This document shows positions 13,401-26,902 of a stretch of DNA of 64,000 nucleotides, one piece after another; the stretch's first letter is position 1; every line of letters begins with the position of its first letter. The stretch lies in NCBI GenBank assembly GCA_020536535.1, contig JAHLWZ010000829.1:32242-96241 (forward strand), read 5' to 3'. This DNA comes from Pelomyxa schiedti (lineage: Eukaryota; Protista; Evosea). A program made the translations under genes and the position numbers. Under the pieces are notes generated by a model. That model did no database searches and was not told the DNA's origin. It was given only the letters and a program-made list of their open reading frames with translations.

Positions 13401-15732
13401 GATCCAAATACACCTGGGTTTCTACTCTAAGTGTTCATTGTTTGTAGTGATTCATTGTAGGGGACTGTGTAATGGCCTTCCCCTTATTGAGGCAGTAGAC
13501 AACTTGGAATCATTGAGAATCCTTCTGTCTTGTCCTTCTATAGACATTGAGAAGACAGATAGCAATGGCAACACCGCTTTGTTCAAAGCTCTGGAGATGC
13601 AGCAACAAGATTGCGTGGAATTGCTGATATCAAAAGGTTGGCTACATTGATGCAACGGCTTTCTGATAACAAAAATAGGAGGCAATAAACTTACAGCGGC
13701 CCAACAAGCCCTACGCACTCGGTGTGCCAAGGCAATGGCCCTTCTTCTCAAAAAGTTTTCTTCCTCCCAGGTGAACTTCATTAACACCTCTTCTTAGTGG
13801 CTTTGATCCCAACTTTATTCTTCCAACTGGGCAATCTCTACTCAGCACCGCCATTTCTCAGTACTTCCCTGATGAAATGGTTACAGTGATACTTTCTGCT
13901 GGTGCCGATCCAATGCTTCCATCCCTGTGAGCATGTTATGTGTCATACTTTGTATAACTTTAAAAATTCAGTGATGCAACACTGGCAGCATTGGAACACA
14001 ATTCCTCTTCTGATATATCTTGGTTGGTGCTTTCGAGAGTGGACAAAGACAAAGCCCTAAATTTTTGTGTAAAAACACAACAGCACAACTGTATAACGAA
14101 GTTGGTTAGCTCCAAGAGTACGCATTCTAGATATTGTTTTTCTTCTAACATAAAATTCTTTTTTCTTTTGGTTTATTTCTTATGACAGTGTTCACCTATG
14201 CAGAGTTGCTGCTTAAAGCCCTTGAAAAAGATGACGTAAATCTTCTGGAACTCTTTTTGAAATGGTTTGACTATTCTACAAATTGTTTTAACATGTTTTC
14301 CAAGTCCACTGTCACCAGATGTCCATTTCCCAGATGGCAGTACACCTCTCATTTATGCTATCAACAAACAAAACGAAAATGCGGTAAAACTTCTCTTAAA
14401 ACATAGTGCCTCTGTTTCTTTTTCTGGAAGGTGTGTAATATATATACGTTTCAAGATTTTGGCTGAAGTACTTCTAGGGATGGATCAGATCCACACACAA
14501 GAGCTGAAGGTGGTACGAATAAATCTATTGCAAGAATGATCGAATCAAGTACGGACATAACATCCTTGTGCATTTCTTTTGGTGAATAACTGAACCTTAC
14601 AGGTATCTTCTTGGAGGAAATAGGACCCATTATTGTTGCAGATACTGGTTCTTGGATGACCAGGTCTGGCTGGTGCGGTAGTGGCTCACCAAGAACCACG
14701 TTTCCCACTATTGTGGGACGCAAAAAGATTGACAACTTTCCACTGAGGTTCTTTGGTACGGTTTCCCTTCCCTCCTGATTTCATTTTCTCTGAAGAACCC
14801 GAAACTAATCAATTCCTTCAGTTGGTGAGGAATGTGGGGCGTGCACGAGGCCTGTATCTTTACGCAGTGTAAACAACTTTGATTGCATGGAGAGGGTGTA
14901 CGGCCACATCATGGATGAAAGCGGCCGGCATCCCATAGTTCTGGCTCGAGGAGTATCCGAAGGGAAGCCACAACTCGAGAAGACAACGCAAATCATGTTC
15001 GAATCCCTTGATGTGCCGGCGCTTTTCATGGCGTCTCAGCCGACACTGGCACTTTATTCTACAGGCCGGCTAAATGGCTTGGTACTCGACTGCGGATACC
15101 AATTATCAGAAGCGGTGCCAATCTTCGAGGGCTTCCCGCTGCGGCACAACATTCAGAGACTCGAGTTTGGCGGATTTGATATCGACAACTTGTTTTTGCA
15201 CTACATGCCAACGCCGAGATACTTGACTAAAGCAACGGTCATCAAAGAGCGTTATGGGTACATAGCCTCCAACCCCGCCACCGAGCACGCGGACGCCCAC
15301 AATTACGAGCTTCCAGACGGCAGTATGGTGCATATTGGGCAGCAGTCCTTCGAGTTCCCCGAGGCCCTGTTCTCGCCAATCCTCGCCGGCCTAGGCTCCC
15401 CGGGAATTCACGAGATCACACACACGAGCATCCAACAATGTGATGCAGATCTGAGGCCGGAATTGCTCAGCAACATAGTTCTAGCCGGCGGAACAGCGAA
15501 ATTCCGCGGACTGGCGTCACGCCTGCAAGAGGAAATATCTGCGCTAGCGACAACACGACGAAGAGTGAGTGTGAGAATGGCAACGACGCCCGATAATGAT
15601 GACTGCTCACTGGCAGCGTGGGTTGGTGGGTCGATTATGGGATCGCTCCCTTCTTTACCAGAAATGTGGATGAGCAAGGAGGATTACGACGAACGTGGCC
15701 CTGCCCTGGTCCACAGGATATTCTTGTTATAA
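10432..15732 (+). CDS. Large ankyrin-repeat protein with an in-frame C-terminal divergent actin-like domain
   Basis: Many ankyrin repeats (DGHTALHLAA, HGNTALHYV, EGNTPLSVA, DGFTPIYLAA, NGNTALFKA, DGSTPLIYA). Actin fold from 14603: IIVADTGSWMTRSG..PRTTFPTIVGR, LDCGYQLSEAVPIFEG, NIVLAGGTAKF, AAWVGGSI, WMSKEDYDERGPALVHR. Joined via introns 14431-14477 and 14549-14602. Confidence 0.8.
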
Positions 15733-15941
15733 TTAATTAAGGTTCTAAACCAAATGGGTTCGAACTATGCACTACTACTAAAAACCATGGTTCCCAACTT
15801 CGGTTTTTTGTGTTTTACACTTTCGAAGGTTGCAACGAAAATTTTAAATGGCTGAATAAAAGAAAACACCAGACCGCCGATCCTGAGCGACGGTAACGAA
15901 AATGACAGCGTTCCGGTCCGTTGATTATTTTATTCGGCCAA

Positions 15942-18325
15942 ATGGCCACAGCCGAGTGTGGCGTGGAAACAATTATGAGGGTCGCGCGCCTCGTGTGGGA
16001 GTGCGTCGTGGTCCCAGGCTGGCTCACGGCCCCGCCGCACCACCCCGCGCCCCCTCCAGACTCGGACGGCGCCCACGACTACGACGGCTCGCCGCAGCGG
16101 CGCGACGACCAGGCCCGCGGCGCCGCGCTGTACAGCGTGGGCTCCGGGCTGTTCCCCCTCGCCGCGCGGGCGTGCGCCGCGGCCGCCGCGCTGTTCCCCC
16201 GCTGGTCCACGAGGGTCAGGCTCGCGTGCGCCGCCCGCGCCCGCGCCGTCTCGTGCGTGGAGTGGATCGCGGGCAGGAGGCGCAGGGAGTGGGCCGCCTC
16301 TGACGACGCATGCTGCGCTGCTCTCGCGGCACCAAGGTTATGATTGCACTGTGGGATTTCTTTTATTTTGTAGGTTTTTTTTCATGTGGAATCTGTAATT
16401 TCATTTGCGTATTATACCGTTATTGTTGTTTTCATATTTTTTTCCCTATTTTGACTCACTAAATGTAGCATAGAAATCAGAAGATGTGTTTGAGTGTGCT
16501 ACTTGGCTTTCTCTGTGGTGGTCATGTGGATTTGGCTGAGAAATTGGTCGCGAGTGGTGGGTTGGGATCCAGTGAAAGGCCGTTGTTCAGGGCGGTGAGG
16601 TGGCCAGGGGCACCTGGATCAAACGAGGACATGGACATGAAGGAGAGCATCAGGGCCAGCGGCATCAGCAGCTTCCACCAGCTTTTTGGGTTCGGGGAAA
16701 CTGATCCTTTCATGATCCATCTGTGCCGTGACATTGACACCAAAGTTGGGGCAGTGAAGTGGGTAATTGAGTGGGCTGGAACGAGGGAACCTTGGGAGGT
16801 TTTTCAGCTTGTGACAACTGCAATGAGGGCTGGGAATGCTGAGGTCACACAATGGCTGGTGACAACTTTCAACTTGGAGGAGAAGACGAGGGACCTAAGG
16901 ATTGGGCTTGGTGGTATCTGTGGTTGCATGGAAATGGGGAGGTGCCCCATGCTGATTAGATGGTGGACTGAGACTTTCTCATTTCCTCCAGGAGAAACAA
17001 GGGACAGTAATGTACTTGGCTTTACAGTGTCCAACCCACACAGTTCGGTGGAACTATGTCAATGGGTGATGAGGAACAGGGGCCTAACAGATCTTCAACG
17101 ATTCTTTTTACAAGAAGCACAGAATCCACATACGTTCAGGTGGGCCATTGAAGAATTCCACATTGTGCCAATGGAGGAACACCTCAACAATGCCTGCGAG
17201 ATGATGGGTGATCTCGAAGTTGCAAAGTGGCTGGTTACTAACCAGTCTGTCAGGCCCACTCATGAGACAGTTTTAAATGCACGCTCGTCCAGGAGAGAAA
17301 ATGTGGAACTCGTGAAATGGCTCTCAACGTTGGTTGCATTGACACCTGCTAATTTGCAAAAAGCACTTGGGAGATCACTGCACCGCGGCAACACAGCCAT
17401 TGCGGAGTGGCTTGAAAGCAATTTTCATGTGGTCTCGTTGGTGCAATCCACGCCCGGTTGTTACGGTGCAACTCTGCTTGAAGCTTGCCAAAGTGGTCGT
17501 GAAGAACTTGTGAAGTCATTAAATTGGTTGCTGAAACACATGGGAGAGACACGAGTGGAGGGGATCACGATTGAACAATGTATCAAAAAAGCAACGAGTG
17601 CAAAAGCGCTCCTTCTGCTTCTGCAGAACTTTCCCTGCCATTCACTACAAGAAGACAGGCGATCAGCTTTACTTATACGCCATGTGCCTGGTGGTCTCCC
17701 ACTGCAGTACCCCTTACTTATCCATCTCCTTGATTCATTTATACTAAATGGGGATGTTTCTGACATTCAAGCACTTTACTCTTTGGTGCACTTTACAGTG
17801 GATGACGTCTTGATTTGCATCAATCGCCATTCCTCAATTACTGCCTCTTCCAGCAAGGTTGTCAAGTGGCTTGTGTTGCGTTTTGGGGCAGTGAACTTCA
17901 ACAACAAGATATCCCCACTGATTCACAACTTGCTTTTTTCTTCTCCTTGTAAGGCACACTGTGCAGAGTGGCTAATTGACACCCTTGGGGTCCCCCTGAC
18001 TGAGGTGAGTTTTTTTAATCACACTGTTTTGCAACTCACTAAGTTCACACAGATTCTGAAGGTAAAAACACATTCAGTAATAAGTGTCGGCCTATCAACG
18101 TGGAAAAGGATAGTGGACAAGAACCCTTCTGTTTTTTGCACTGCAGACACAGTCAGAAAGCTATGTATGCACATTGTGACATCATCTGCAGCCATTGCAC
18201 ATTGGTCCATGCACAGGTGGTCACTTTCTCACGAGGAGATATGCCAATTGTGGTGCAGGGAAGCTCCTCTGGGAATTGCGCCCGACATGCAACTATGGGA
18301 GAAATTTGGGGGAAACCGTAATTGA
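15942..18325 (+). CDS. Hypothetical protein with degenerate helical (ankyrin-like) 'VxWLVxxF' repeats
   Basis: GC-rich exon 1 (15942-16336), intron to 16473, then a 613-codon open frame with repeated motifs AEVTQWLVTTF, LEVAKWLVT, VELVKWLST, IAEWLESNF, KVVKWLVLRF, CAEWLIDTL. Confidence 0.75.
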
Positions 18326-18852
18326 GGCATTGGTTGGAGATTCCCATTCCACCGGGCACTTCACCCAAAACCCATTTTTTGTGCACCTTGTCCCACCACG
18401 AGATCTAATCTGTGTTGATGTTTCCCCCCTCCGCAGTTGCGTCACTGCCCTTTCGCTTTTTTAGCTTTTTTCAAAAAAAAAACCCTGTGGTAGAGTTACT
18501 CTTGGTTGGAATGAAGCTAAAAACAAACCCATAGTGACCGGCCAAAAAACATCCCCGAAAACATTTCACTTCAGAAAAAAAAAAAGAAAAAAAACAACCT
18601 TTCGGAAGCAGTGCAGCTTTTTTTTTGCTTCTCCGGAATCGATGGTACCACCAACACAACGACAACACACAACCAACAGCAAACACGATGGGGAACAACA
18701 ACCACTACAGCAACTAAAACACTGCGCCCTCAACTCCACGCAACTTTTTTTTTTTTTCTTACACACATGCAACAACATGTTTTGTAACTCTCTGCTCTGC
18801 TCTCCCTTTGTTATTATCTTTCTTTTTGGTGTTTGGGGTACAATGAGGACAG

Positions 18853-19660
18853 GCAGCACGACGAGCAAGACAAATTGAACGATCAGGGAGCTGGGTTGGT
18901 GCCCAGGACTCAGCTGAGGAGAACGAGATGTTGTCTGAGTTCAAGGACGCCTTCGATCAAATTTTCGATGTTCACCAGCGCCATCACTTGACCAAGGCCG
19001 ATTTGAGGGACTTGTTCAAAAGACATTGTGTGTCTTCTCCTGATGCTATTCTATTCTCAATGCTACTCTTTGAAATGTCTTATAGTTTATCTTTAAGCCC
19101 ACACAACTAACTGTCATTGGTTCATTTTCGTTTTTTTTTCCCCAAGGAAATAGTAGTGTTTACTATTGTAGTTTTGCAATTCGTTTGAGTTAACTGTATT
19201 GGATTTGCTTCTTACAGACACAAAGGTGTGAGAGTTACTGATGAGCAAATTGAGCAAGCCTTTACGGAAGCTGATCACACTGGAGATGGTGTGATAGACT
19301 TCGCCGAATTTGCTGCTATGATGTCCAGGAGAATGAGGCAAACCAGTACCGAGGAAAAACTCATGAACGCCTTCCGTGTATGTCTCTTTTATCACCTGTA
19401 TTTTTTTTTCTTACATTCTTCTCCCCAAAAAGGTGTTCGATCCTGAGAGCACCGGTTTCATTGACACCAAAGTTTTGTCCGAGGCACTTACTACCCTTGG
19501 TGACCGACTCAACCCCAAGGAGGTCGTTTTCTTTTGTTTACTTGTGTACCTCACATCATTACAGTTGAACGAGCTTCTTGCTGTTGCCGAAAATGCTGAA
19601 GGCAAGGTCAAGTATGACCTGTTCGTCAACGAAATGTTCGCCAAGAACAAGAAGTCATAA
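18853..19660 (+). CDS. mlcR: Myosin II regulatory light chain (EF-hand), Dictyostelium mlcR-like; true start uncertain
   Basis: EFKDAF..EQAFTEADHTGDGVIDFAEFAAMMSRRMRQTSTEEKLMNAFRVFDPESTGFIDTKVLSEALTTLGDRL..KVKYDLFVNEMFAK closely follows remembered Dictyostelium RLC. Upstream in-frame RRARQIERSGS resembles the phospho-regulatory N-terminus. Confidence 0.85.
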
Positions 19661-19850
19661 GGGTTCCCAAGAAACACCCTTTTTTCATGTCACAGTGTAG
19701 CCGGAAAAATAAACACAATCAAACAAACGAACAAAAAAAACCTATCAATCGGTGGTGTATAGCCTTATGTTTTCTTTTTCCCTTTTGTTGTTTTGAAAAA
19801 TGGAAGAGAGAGACACTTATATTTTTTACATTTACTGGGACCACATAGTT

Positions 19851-22800
19851 TTACATGCTACTAGTATTTCTGTTATGTAGAGTATTTGGTAGTTCTGGTG
19901 ATTTGGAAGGGAGTGGGTGCTGGGAACTTGTAGTGGTTGTGCCTGTGCTTGTCTTGGGGTTTTTTAGTGTATAGGTGTGCATCATTCCACACCCTTTGAT
20001 ATCTACATCTTGCTCGTCGAACTCAAAGGAGTCGAACACAAGCTCGTAAGTCGCCCTGTGTAGTGTCATCCCCAGAACAACCAACACAAAAGGAATAAAT
20101 AACCTGGTCATTTGTATGGTATTGGGGCTGGAACTACTCTCCATGCGGGAGGCTACATTAACTGTGCTGCCAAAAATATCAAAGGTTGGTTTGACTGACG
20201 GGTCTCCAACAATTCCCTGGTAAAATTAGAGGCATCGTGATGAAAGAACAAGATTACAGCAAAAACAGGGCCAGTGTTAATTCCAACCCGAATCCTAATT
20301 TCTGTTTGCTGGAGAGAGGCTATCATGTCAAGAGCAAAGTTGACTACCTATTCACAGGAATTTCAAAAAAAAAAAATTGTCTCAACGTGGGGTGTACGTC
20401 TTTGGCTCTGGCGGAGTGAGAATTTCTTGCGTCTTTATCAAAGAGGCCTGCTGCACAAAAATAGCAGTCGCCTATTGTCTACTAAGAGTCAGTAAAACAA
20501 TCCTATTCCAGTTTAAAGTTTCACCTTGATTTTTTCTATATGAGTGTACTTCTTCTTTAATAGATTATCCCTAAAATGGTGTGGGAGAGCAGTCATCTCT
20601 AGGTATCATACCATGAAGAAAACATATGGTTCAGTACTTTTATTACATATGATGGTTGTACAGAAGCGCTCCAGGGCCTGGAAGGAGTGGTTGGGAACAC
20701 AATACCACAAAACAGGGGAAAAGTACGTGAACTACAAAGGAGTGTGTAAGAAAAAATGAGAAAAGGGAAGCAATTACCTGAACCACATCAGCAAACATTA
20801 CAGTGGCCACAGGAACTGAAGGTGGTGAAAACACTAGGGTTTGATGACTGGAAGAAACCTGATTCCACGATATCTTGTTCGCCGTTTCTTATTCGATATG
20901 CAATCTGCCTCGGTAATACACTGAATAGAAGCTCTTCGTACATTCTTTTTTCATCTTGAAGCAACTCTTCATGTTTCTGTCCAAGAAAATTAGCTGGAAG
21001 GAAAATATTCAATATATTCAACTTGTTCTGGAGTGGTGTCACGCAAAAAAAGTGCACATCCAATTTTCCCTCCAACAGTGAATAGGCTCAGTGTAGCGTT
21101 GGCAGGAAATGCAGTTCCATCAAGTTTTTTCGCTAGTACTGAGGAAGACCAGCTTGTCTCATTGCTCCTCTCTCTTCCAATTAACCGGTGGCGCATCTTC
21201 TCCACGTTACTTTCCAGAAGAGCACATAATTTTTCAGTATTGTCATCATCCTGCAATAGAACAGAAAAGTGCTTCCCCACAACTTGAGTTGCTGCATAGC
21301 CGGTAATATGCTCCCCACTAGAGTTCATACTCTCGATGGTACCTGTACGTAGATTTCCGATTAAGGTTTAACCACATAAGGAATGGAAGACCTGCATCAG
21401 TCAACTCCAAAACAGCATCAACTGCGGCCATAATTATTGCACGGGATCTTTCCTATATTAGAGTTAAAAATGGTTGGAAAGGAACTACATACTTGTGCTT
21501 CATGAGAAAAATCTTTATCCATCAACCTCCCTTTCATGACAAAAGAAAGGAGGGATGGAACATTCTTTATTATGTGCACTGGTACCATCCCCAGCATCTG
21601 GTGTGTTGTATGCAACTCGTTTTCAACTTTTTCTATTAAAAGGTAAGAAAGTACTTGTTACAACAAAAAATTAAAAAAAATAAAAAGGAACAGAAGAAGA
21701 AGACTAAAGTTTACTCACTCATTGCAGGCTTTATTAGAAGGAAGAACAATACAAAAATGAGAGGAAGAAAGAAGGCGAAGATGTAGGCAATTTCTGTGAG
21801 ATTTTAATGAAAAGAAAAAGAGCATGCACTCTGCTACTTCTGTTTGTCTCTTCGATTATCATAGGAGCTTCAGCCACATAGATCTTTTTGGAAGTACTCA
21901 GCATCGGCATAAGGTAATTGGTTTGAAGATCCTCAAAATTAAGGAAGAGGGACAAATTGAAGTTTTTCAGAAATCTCTGAACTTTATACAATTCGTGTGC
22001 CATCTATCAATGCACTGAGATGGAAGGCAATATGGAAAAAGGAACCTCTAGATATCTTCCCATGAGTTCATCTAATCCCATGCACTGAGGTTGGTCGTAT
22101 TGCTCACAAAGACTATCAAACAGCAGGGAGTCTTGCTCCACTGATCTACCTACAGATCCTGGTTCTATGTTATTTGGTTCGGAGTTGATTTCCTCCACAA
22201 CCTGGAAGTCCCAGAGTTTTGTTTCCAAACTTTACCCATTCATGGGCGTTACGCAATTGTGTGATTGTTGAATCGAATTCCTGCATTATTTCGTCTTTAC
22301 TATGAACTGAGGAATCGTCAACAATTGCGTCTTGGATAAGTGTGAGAAGCCGTAAGCTGAGTGATCTCCGTGACCCGGCATAATTGACCTCAAGCGCGCG
22401 TCCCTTGTGTGGATTAGTTGACATATATCAACTAGCTAGTGTAACCATATAATCATTATTGGCTTCAAGTGAAAGAAAAGCAATCAACGCAATCGCAGAC
22501 AAAATAACTAAAAACACAAGAAGGAATAGCATCCCAAGGGTAAAAATTGGTTTGATTTGGTGCCAACGCTGATTGGCTTCAACATCAAGGGAGTTCTTTG
22601 CTTCTAAAGATCTTGTGTCATAATGAACCTATTAAATGAGATTAGATCTCGCTTAGTCCCTAGTGATTGCCTTCTTTTGCTCAAGTTTGGCGGTAACTTT
22701 TTCACATATCTCTGATACACTGGCTTTGGGGATCTGTAGGAACAATTGATGCACCAACAAGCGCTCTCTATTCAATGAATATAGAGACGGTAGCAGTATC

Positions 22801-25800
22801 AGGGAAAACGCAAGCAGGGGCACAAGTGCACAAGATGAGAGGACACAGAGAGTCATGACAAAGGTGCGCGTTGTCTGAGCATGGAACCTCTCTTCATATG
22901 CTGTGACCAATCTCCATACTCCACTCCACAATCTGCATGAAGGATTACAACAATAGATTTGATCGAGGGATTACTGTAAGGCGCCATTTGAATTGACGTA
23001 AAGGAATGCTTCTTGACCTTCTTCTGCATTCGTTTCACCATTATAGAAGCCAACAGCATCAAATACTTTTGCTTTGTAGGCACTTATGAATAACCAGAGG
23101 GTGGTGTTCAACGTCTCTATCTCGTCAATGAGGGGGATGTAGTTTATTGATTGTAAATCTTGGTTATGCCAGGCCTCAAAAACAGCCTACAGAGTTGAGA
23201 AGCCAGCGGTTACTAAGGTACATACATACAGGATATGAGGTGTCATAATGAAAGAAAAGATCCTTTGCGGCACTCTCCAGTTCTAGAGTTGAGCTCACCA
23301 CATCGCTGCCAAAGGTGGTCATATTGAAATTATCCAAGTAACGCATATTGGAATTGACAAGTTGCATTGTCCTGGTTCCATATGAGCCCTGTTACTTGTT
23401 ATTCGAGACAAAGGATAAACAGACTCACCTGTAGCTCTGCGCTACGCATTCCGCCTGCTGTTGCAATAAGGTTAAAATCAGCTTGACGTTGTTTGAAAGC
23501 TGTTCTTGCCAAAGCAAAACTGCGTTTAAGAGTAATGTGAGGAAAAAATATAAATGGCTGCCTCAGATACCTTACGACTAGTACTACGATGGAAATAAAG
23601 TTCATAAAGTACACAGAAAAAGAAAAGCGAGAGAATGCGTGGGAGCGAAAGGAAAGCTCCAATTGATTCCGGATTTTCTCTTGTTGAGCAAGTTCATCTT
23701 GCCTAATAGGCATAAGTCTAAGAAGAGAATGAAAAAGACGAACTGAAAAGTATTGGCTTCATCAAGTGCGTTGTCAAGCATAGCATTCTCTTCTGGATCA
23801 CCTACCTCAGATATGGCAAACTCTGCCACAATAGGTTGTGCTGTTGGATTGTCTTGCATCATTGGCTGATGTCTACCCAGAGTTTGTTTGGCATTATTCT
23901 GTTCTTCATGTCTTGTCTCCATGGCTTCAGCCATGGCATGGAGTTGCTGTGCCTGTACAAAATTTTGTTTCACATCTGCTAAATATTCAGCATATGCTCG
24001 AAGAACAGCAGAACTCGGTTTCTTAGGAAGAAGTTAAAAAGTAATCAGAACCAAAGATCACACCTTTTGTGCTTTTAACATGCGCTTTTGGTTTGAAATA
24101 AAAGATGTCAGAAAGGTTTGATTTAGCACTGTTCTTACTTCAAATAATTCATCACATTGTTTCTCAGTTTTTTCAAGTTTGATGACAATTCGGGATAGAG
24201 GTCGTTGCCCAACGTATTCTCCAAGAAGAAGGGTCCAAAAACTTTTGTTTTCGTGGGCTGGATGTGAGAAGTGGGTATGGGAAGGGGAACCTGTGTATGT
24301 AATACAGAGCTTTTCCATGATACTTGGCTGCAGAAATTAGTTGTCTTATTATTGTTTCTTCTGTTTGTTGCTCCTGTTCTCTTCTGATTCGATCCAGACC
24401 AAAAAGATTAAATTGTGCTGGGATAAACCACTTGGGGATCAGCTACTAACACGTTAGACGTAGAACGGTCCAATTCTACTCATTTACTTTGGAAGAGTTC
24501 TGGAGACAAAAATTGGCTACTTGCATATCCTTAGACATAATAGCTTCAGCATAGGCAAGCCACAAAGAAAAACTTTCAGGAAATTTCTTCACCCCCTTTG
24601 AAACAATTGAGAGGTGGTACAAAAAAGACTTCCTTACAAAGTGAAGGATGCCCGATTTTAGACAAGGGTCACTAAGAGAGGATTCCACACACACTGAAGC
24701 TAGCAGTACTTGCCATGAGAATGTGTATGAGGATGACTTGGGATCCGCCGTTGTTTTTGTAATAGCCATACTCCTTATAATTGTTCAGTGGAATACCAAT
24801 AAATAAAACCCGTACTCCAAGTCACTAGGATCCTCAGCAAATGTAATTTTGCTCATTTTGCCAACAATGCGCCTTTGTTTTCAAATTAATTACGCTATTC
24901 AATCAAAAAATGTCAACTTGTATCTAAAGAGCACTGCAAGAAACCCAAGTGCACAGGCAACTGGAATGATGCACATGGAAGCTATAAATAAAGGCAGAAC
25001 CTTGTTGATTTCAAAGTTGTATAAAATTGAAGCCACCAAAGAAAATAAAGAGCTGGAAAGGGATGAGGCTACATCAAATTGGAAGAACAAAAATACCATA
25101 AACAGCAAGAGAATACTTCTGCAGCAGTTATTTGATTTGCTAGTCTCAGACGATATGGAAGAAAAAGTAGCACAAAGGAGGAGAGAACGAGAAAGAGCAC
25201 TGTCTGAGCTACAGCGGGATAAACTATGGACAGTTTAATGAAAATATCAGAGAAAGGTAAGGACACACTTGGATTTCGTATGCAAGGTAAGGTAGTAATT
25301 ACAAGTGCTGTGATCTTAACTACAGTAAAAAAGACAGCTGAAATGCCTGTGTACAAGTTCCAAAAAACCCTGTGAAGATAAGACAGTACAGAAAAACAGG
25401 CTAGAACTTACTTCGAAGTACAGCCAAAATTACCAGGGAGAATAAAAAATTTTGATACTACGACTACTCCAAGTGAGATCACTCCCAACCAGCAGATTAT
25501 GGCCATAGACTAATATACTTCCATTAGAATAATCATGGCAAAATATAAGAACTACGCACCAGTATAATTTTAACGTTCGCTTCTGGTGCAAATACTCCAA
25601 GAGTTCTATGCGTGCATGAGCAATGGAGACAAGTTAAGCTACATAAAAATGTAGAGAGCACCTTTTTCCCAATAAGAAGGGCATCCATGAACATAGAGCA
25701 GGAAAGATCAATATATCAGCACCACAATGGTAAAAAAAACAGAGAATTTTCTTGGAGTACTTTGGAAGGTGCATCTATTCAAGGTAAAACTGATGCACTT

Positions 25801-26902
25801 TGCAGTACACATATAACCTGCTTTGCGAAGTGTACGTGCATTGAGAAGCTGAAGAGTAGAAGTAGAATGAAAACAGAGGCAGTGACTGCTGCAAAGCAAT
25901 ACAGTGTAATAAACTTGATTGTCCCAGGAAGCCAGCGTGTGAAAATACACAAAATTTTCATGACAATAAGGAGGTCTCCTAATGATAATGAATTTACATA
26001 GAAAGAGTAATCAGAAGGAACCAGAGTTGGTATACAGCGAACTATTTGGCATTGTTGACAGGAAAACTAAACCAAGAAGCTGAAGGATTTGCAGAAGGTG
26101 GCAGAAGTTCATTACACTAGGGAAAAGGTATCAGAAAAACAATGCAAGAAAAAATATTGGCATACAGCTTGTGAGGAACATAGGAGTTCAGCTCAAAGCA
26201 AAAATTAAATAATTCCTTGACAGCTAAGTATTTAGAACAAAAACGCCCCCATGAGCTCAATAAATTAGACACATCAAGAGAAGTGCCCCAAGTTGCTGCA
26301 GAGGCAGAAACGGATTTTTCATCACTACTTTCGCTGGTTGATGTAGTTCCCGAAACAGATCTTTTTCCTAAGAATGCACTTGATGCTTGAGGTGATGTAT
26401 GCGAGGGAGTAGGTGATGGGCGTTGTGATGCCACTCTTGATGCATCAGGTGATATTAATAAGGCAGGAACCTCCTGCTCTGGGGGTTCCTTTCCCTCAAC
26501 ATTCTGTTCCAGCGACAAAGCCGCCAAATTAGCAGTTATCATAGCAATAGGAATAGTTGAGGTTGCGGATGGTAAAGAACTGTGCCCATGACTTCCACTG
26601 TAACACGTGTCATATGATAAAAAACCAAGAAAAATCAGAAAGGAGAAAGGAAAGTAAATAGCAAGGCATACATACCTCCTGTGTCTCGCACTTCTCTGTG
26701 GAGAACTTGTTTCAGCAGAGATCCGCACACGGCGTGCAGATCTGAAAGATGGGATCTCCTCACTCGTGGATGAAACACCACTTCCAGACAATGGAGTGGC
26801 AGTTCCCACACACAAAGCATTGGTTTTTGTTGTAGTTGTGGTGGTTGTCGTTGTTGTGGTTGCGGCCGCTGCAGCAGCGGGAGAGGCCGGTAGATCCGTC
26901 AT
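19851..26902 (-). CDS. Multi-TM TmcB-like / PAS-domain class III adenylyl cyclase
   Basis: Cyclase motifs MFADVVQFTPWS, EKIKTIGDCYFCAAGL, RIRVGINTGPV and FDIFGSTVNVASRMES; the Lys/Asp pair predicts ATP specificity. PAS at ~21030-21330 (GEHITGYAATQVVGKHFSVLL..KKLDGTAFP). TM-rich and TPR-like (FPESFSLWLAYA) N-terminal half. Confidence 0.88.

Noticed and set aside
15755-15770. GGTTCGAA T-loop-like motif
   Set aside because: No acceptor, D or anticodon stems could be folded. No tRNA, rRNA or CRISPR array was seen anywhere in the window.
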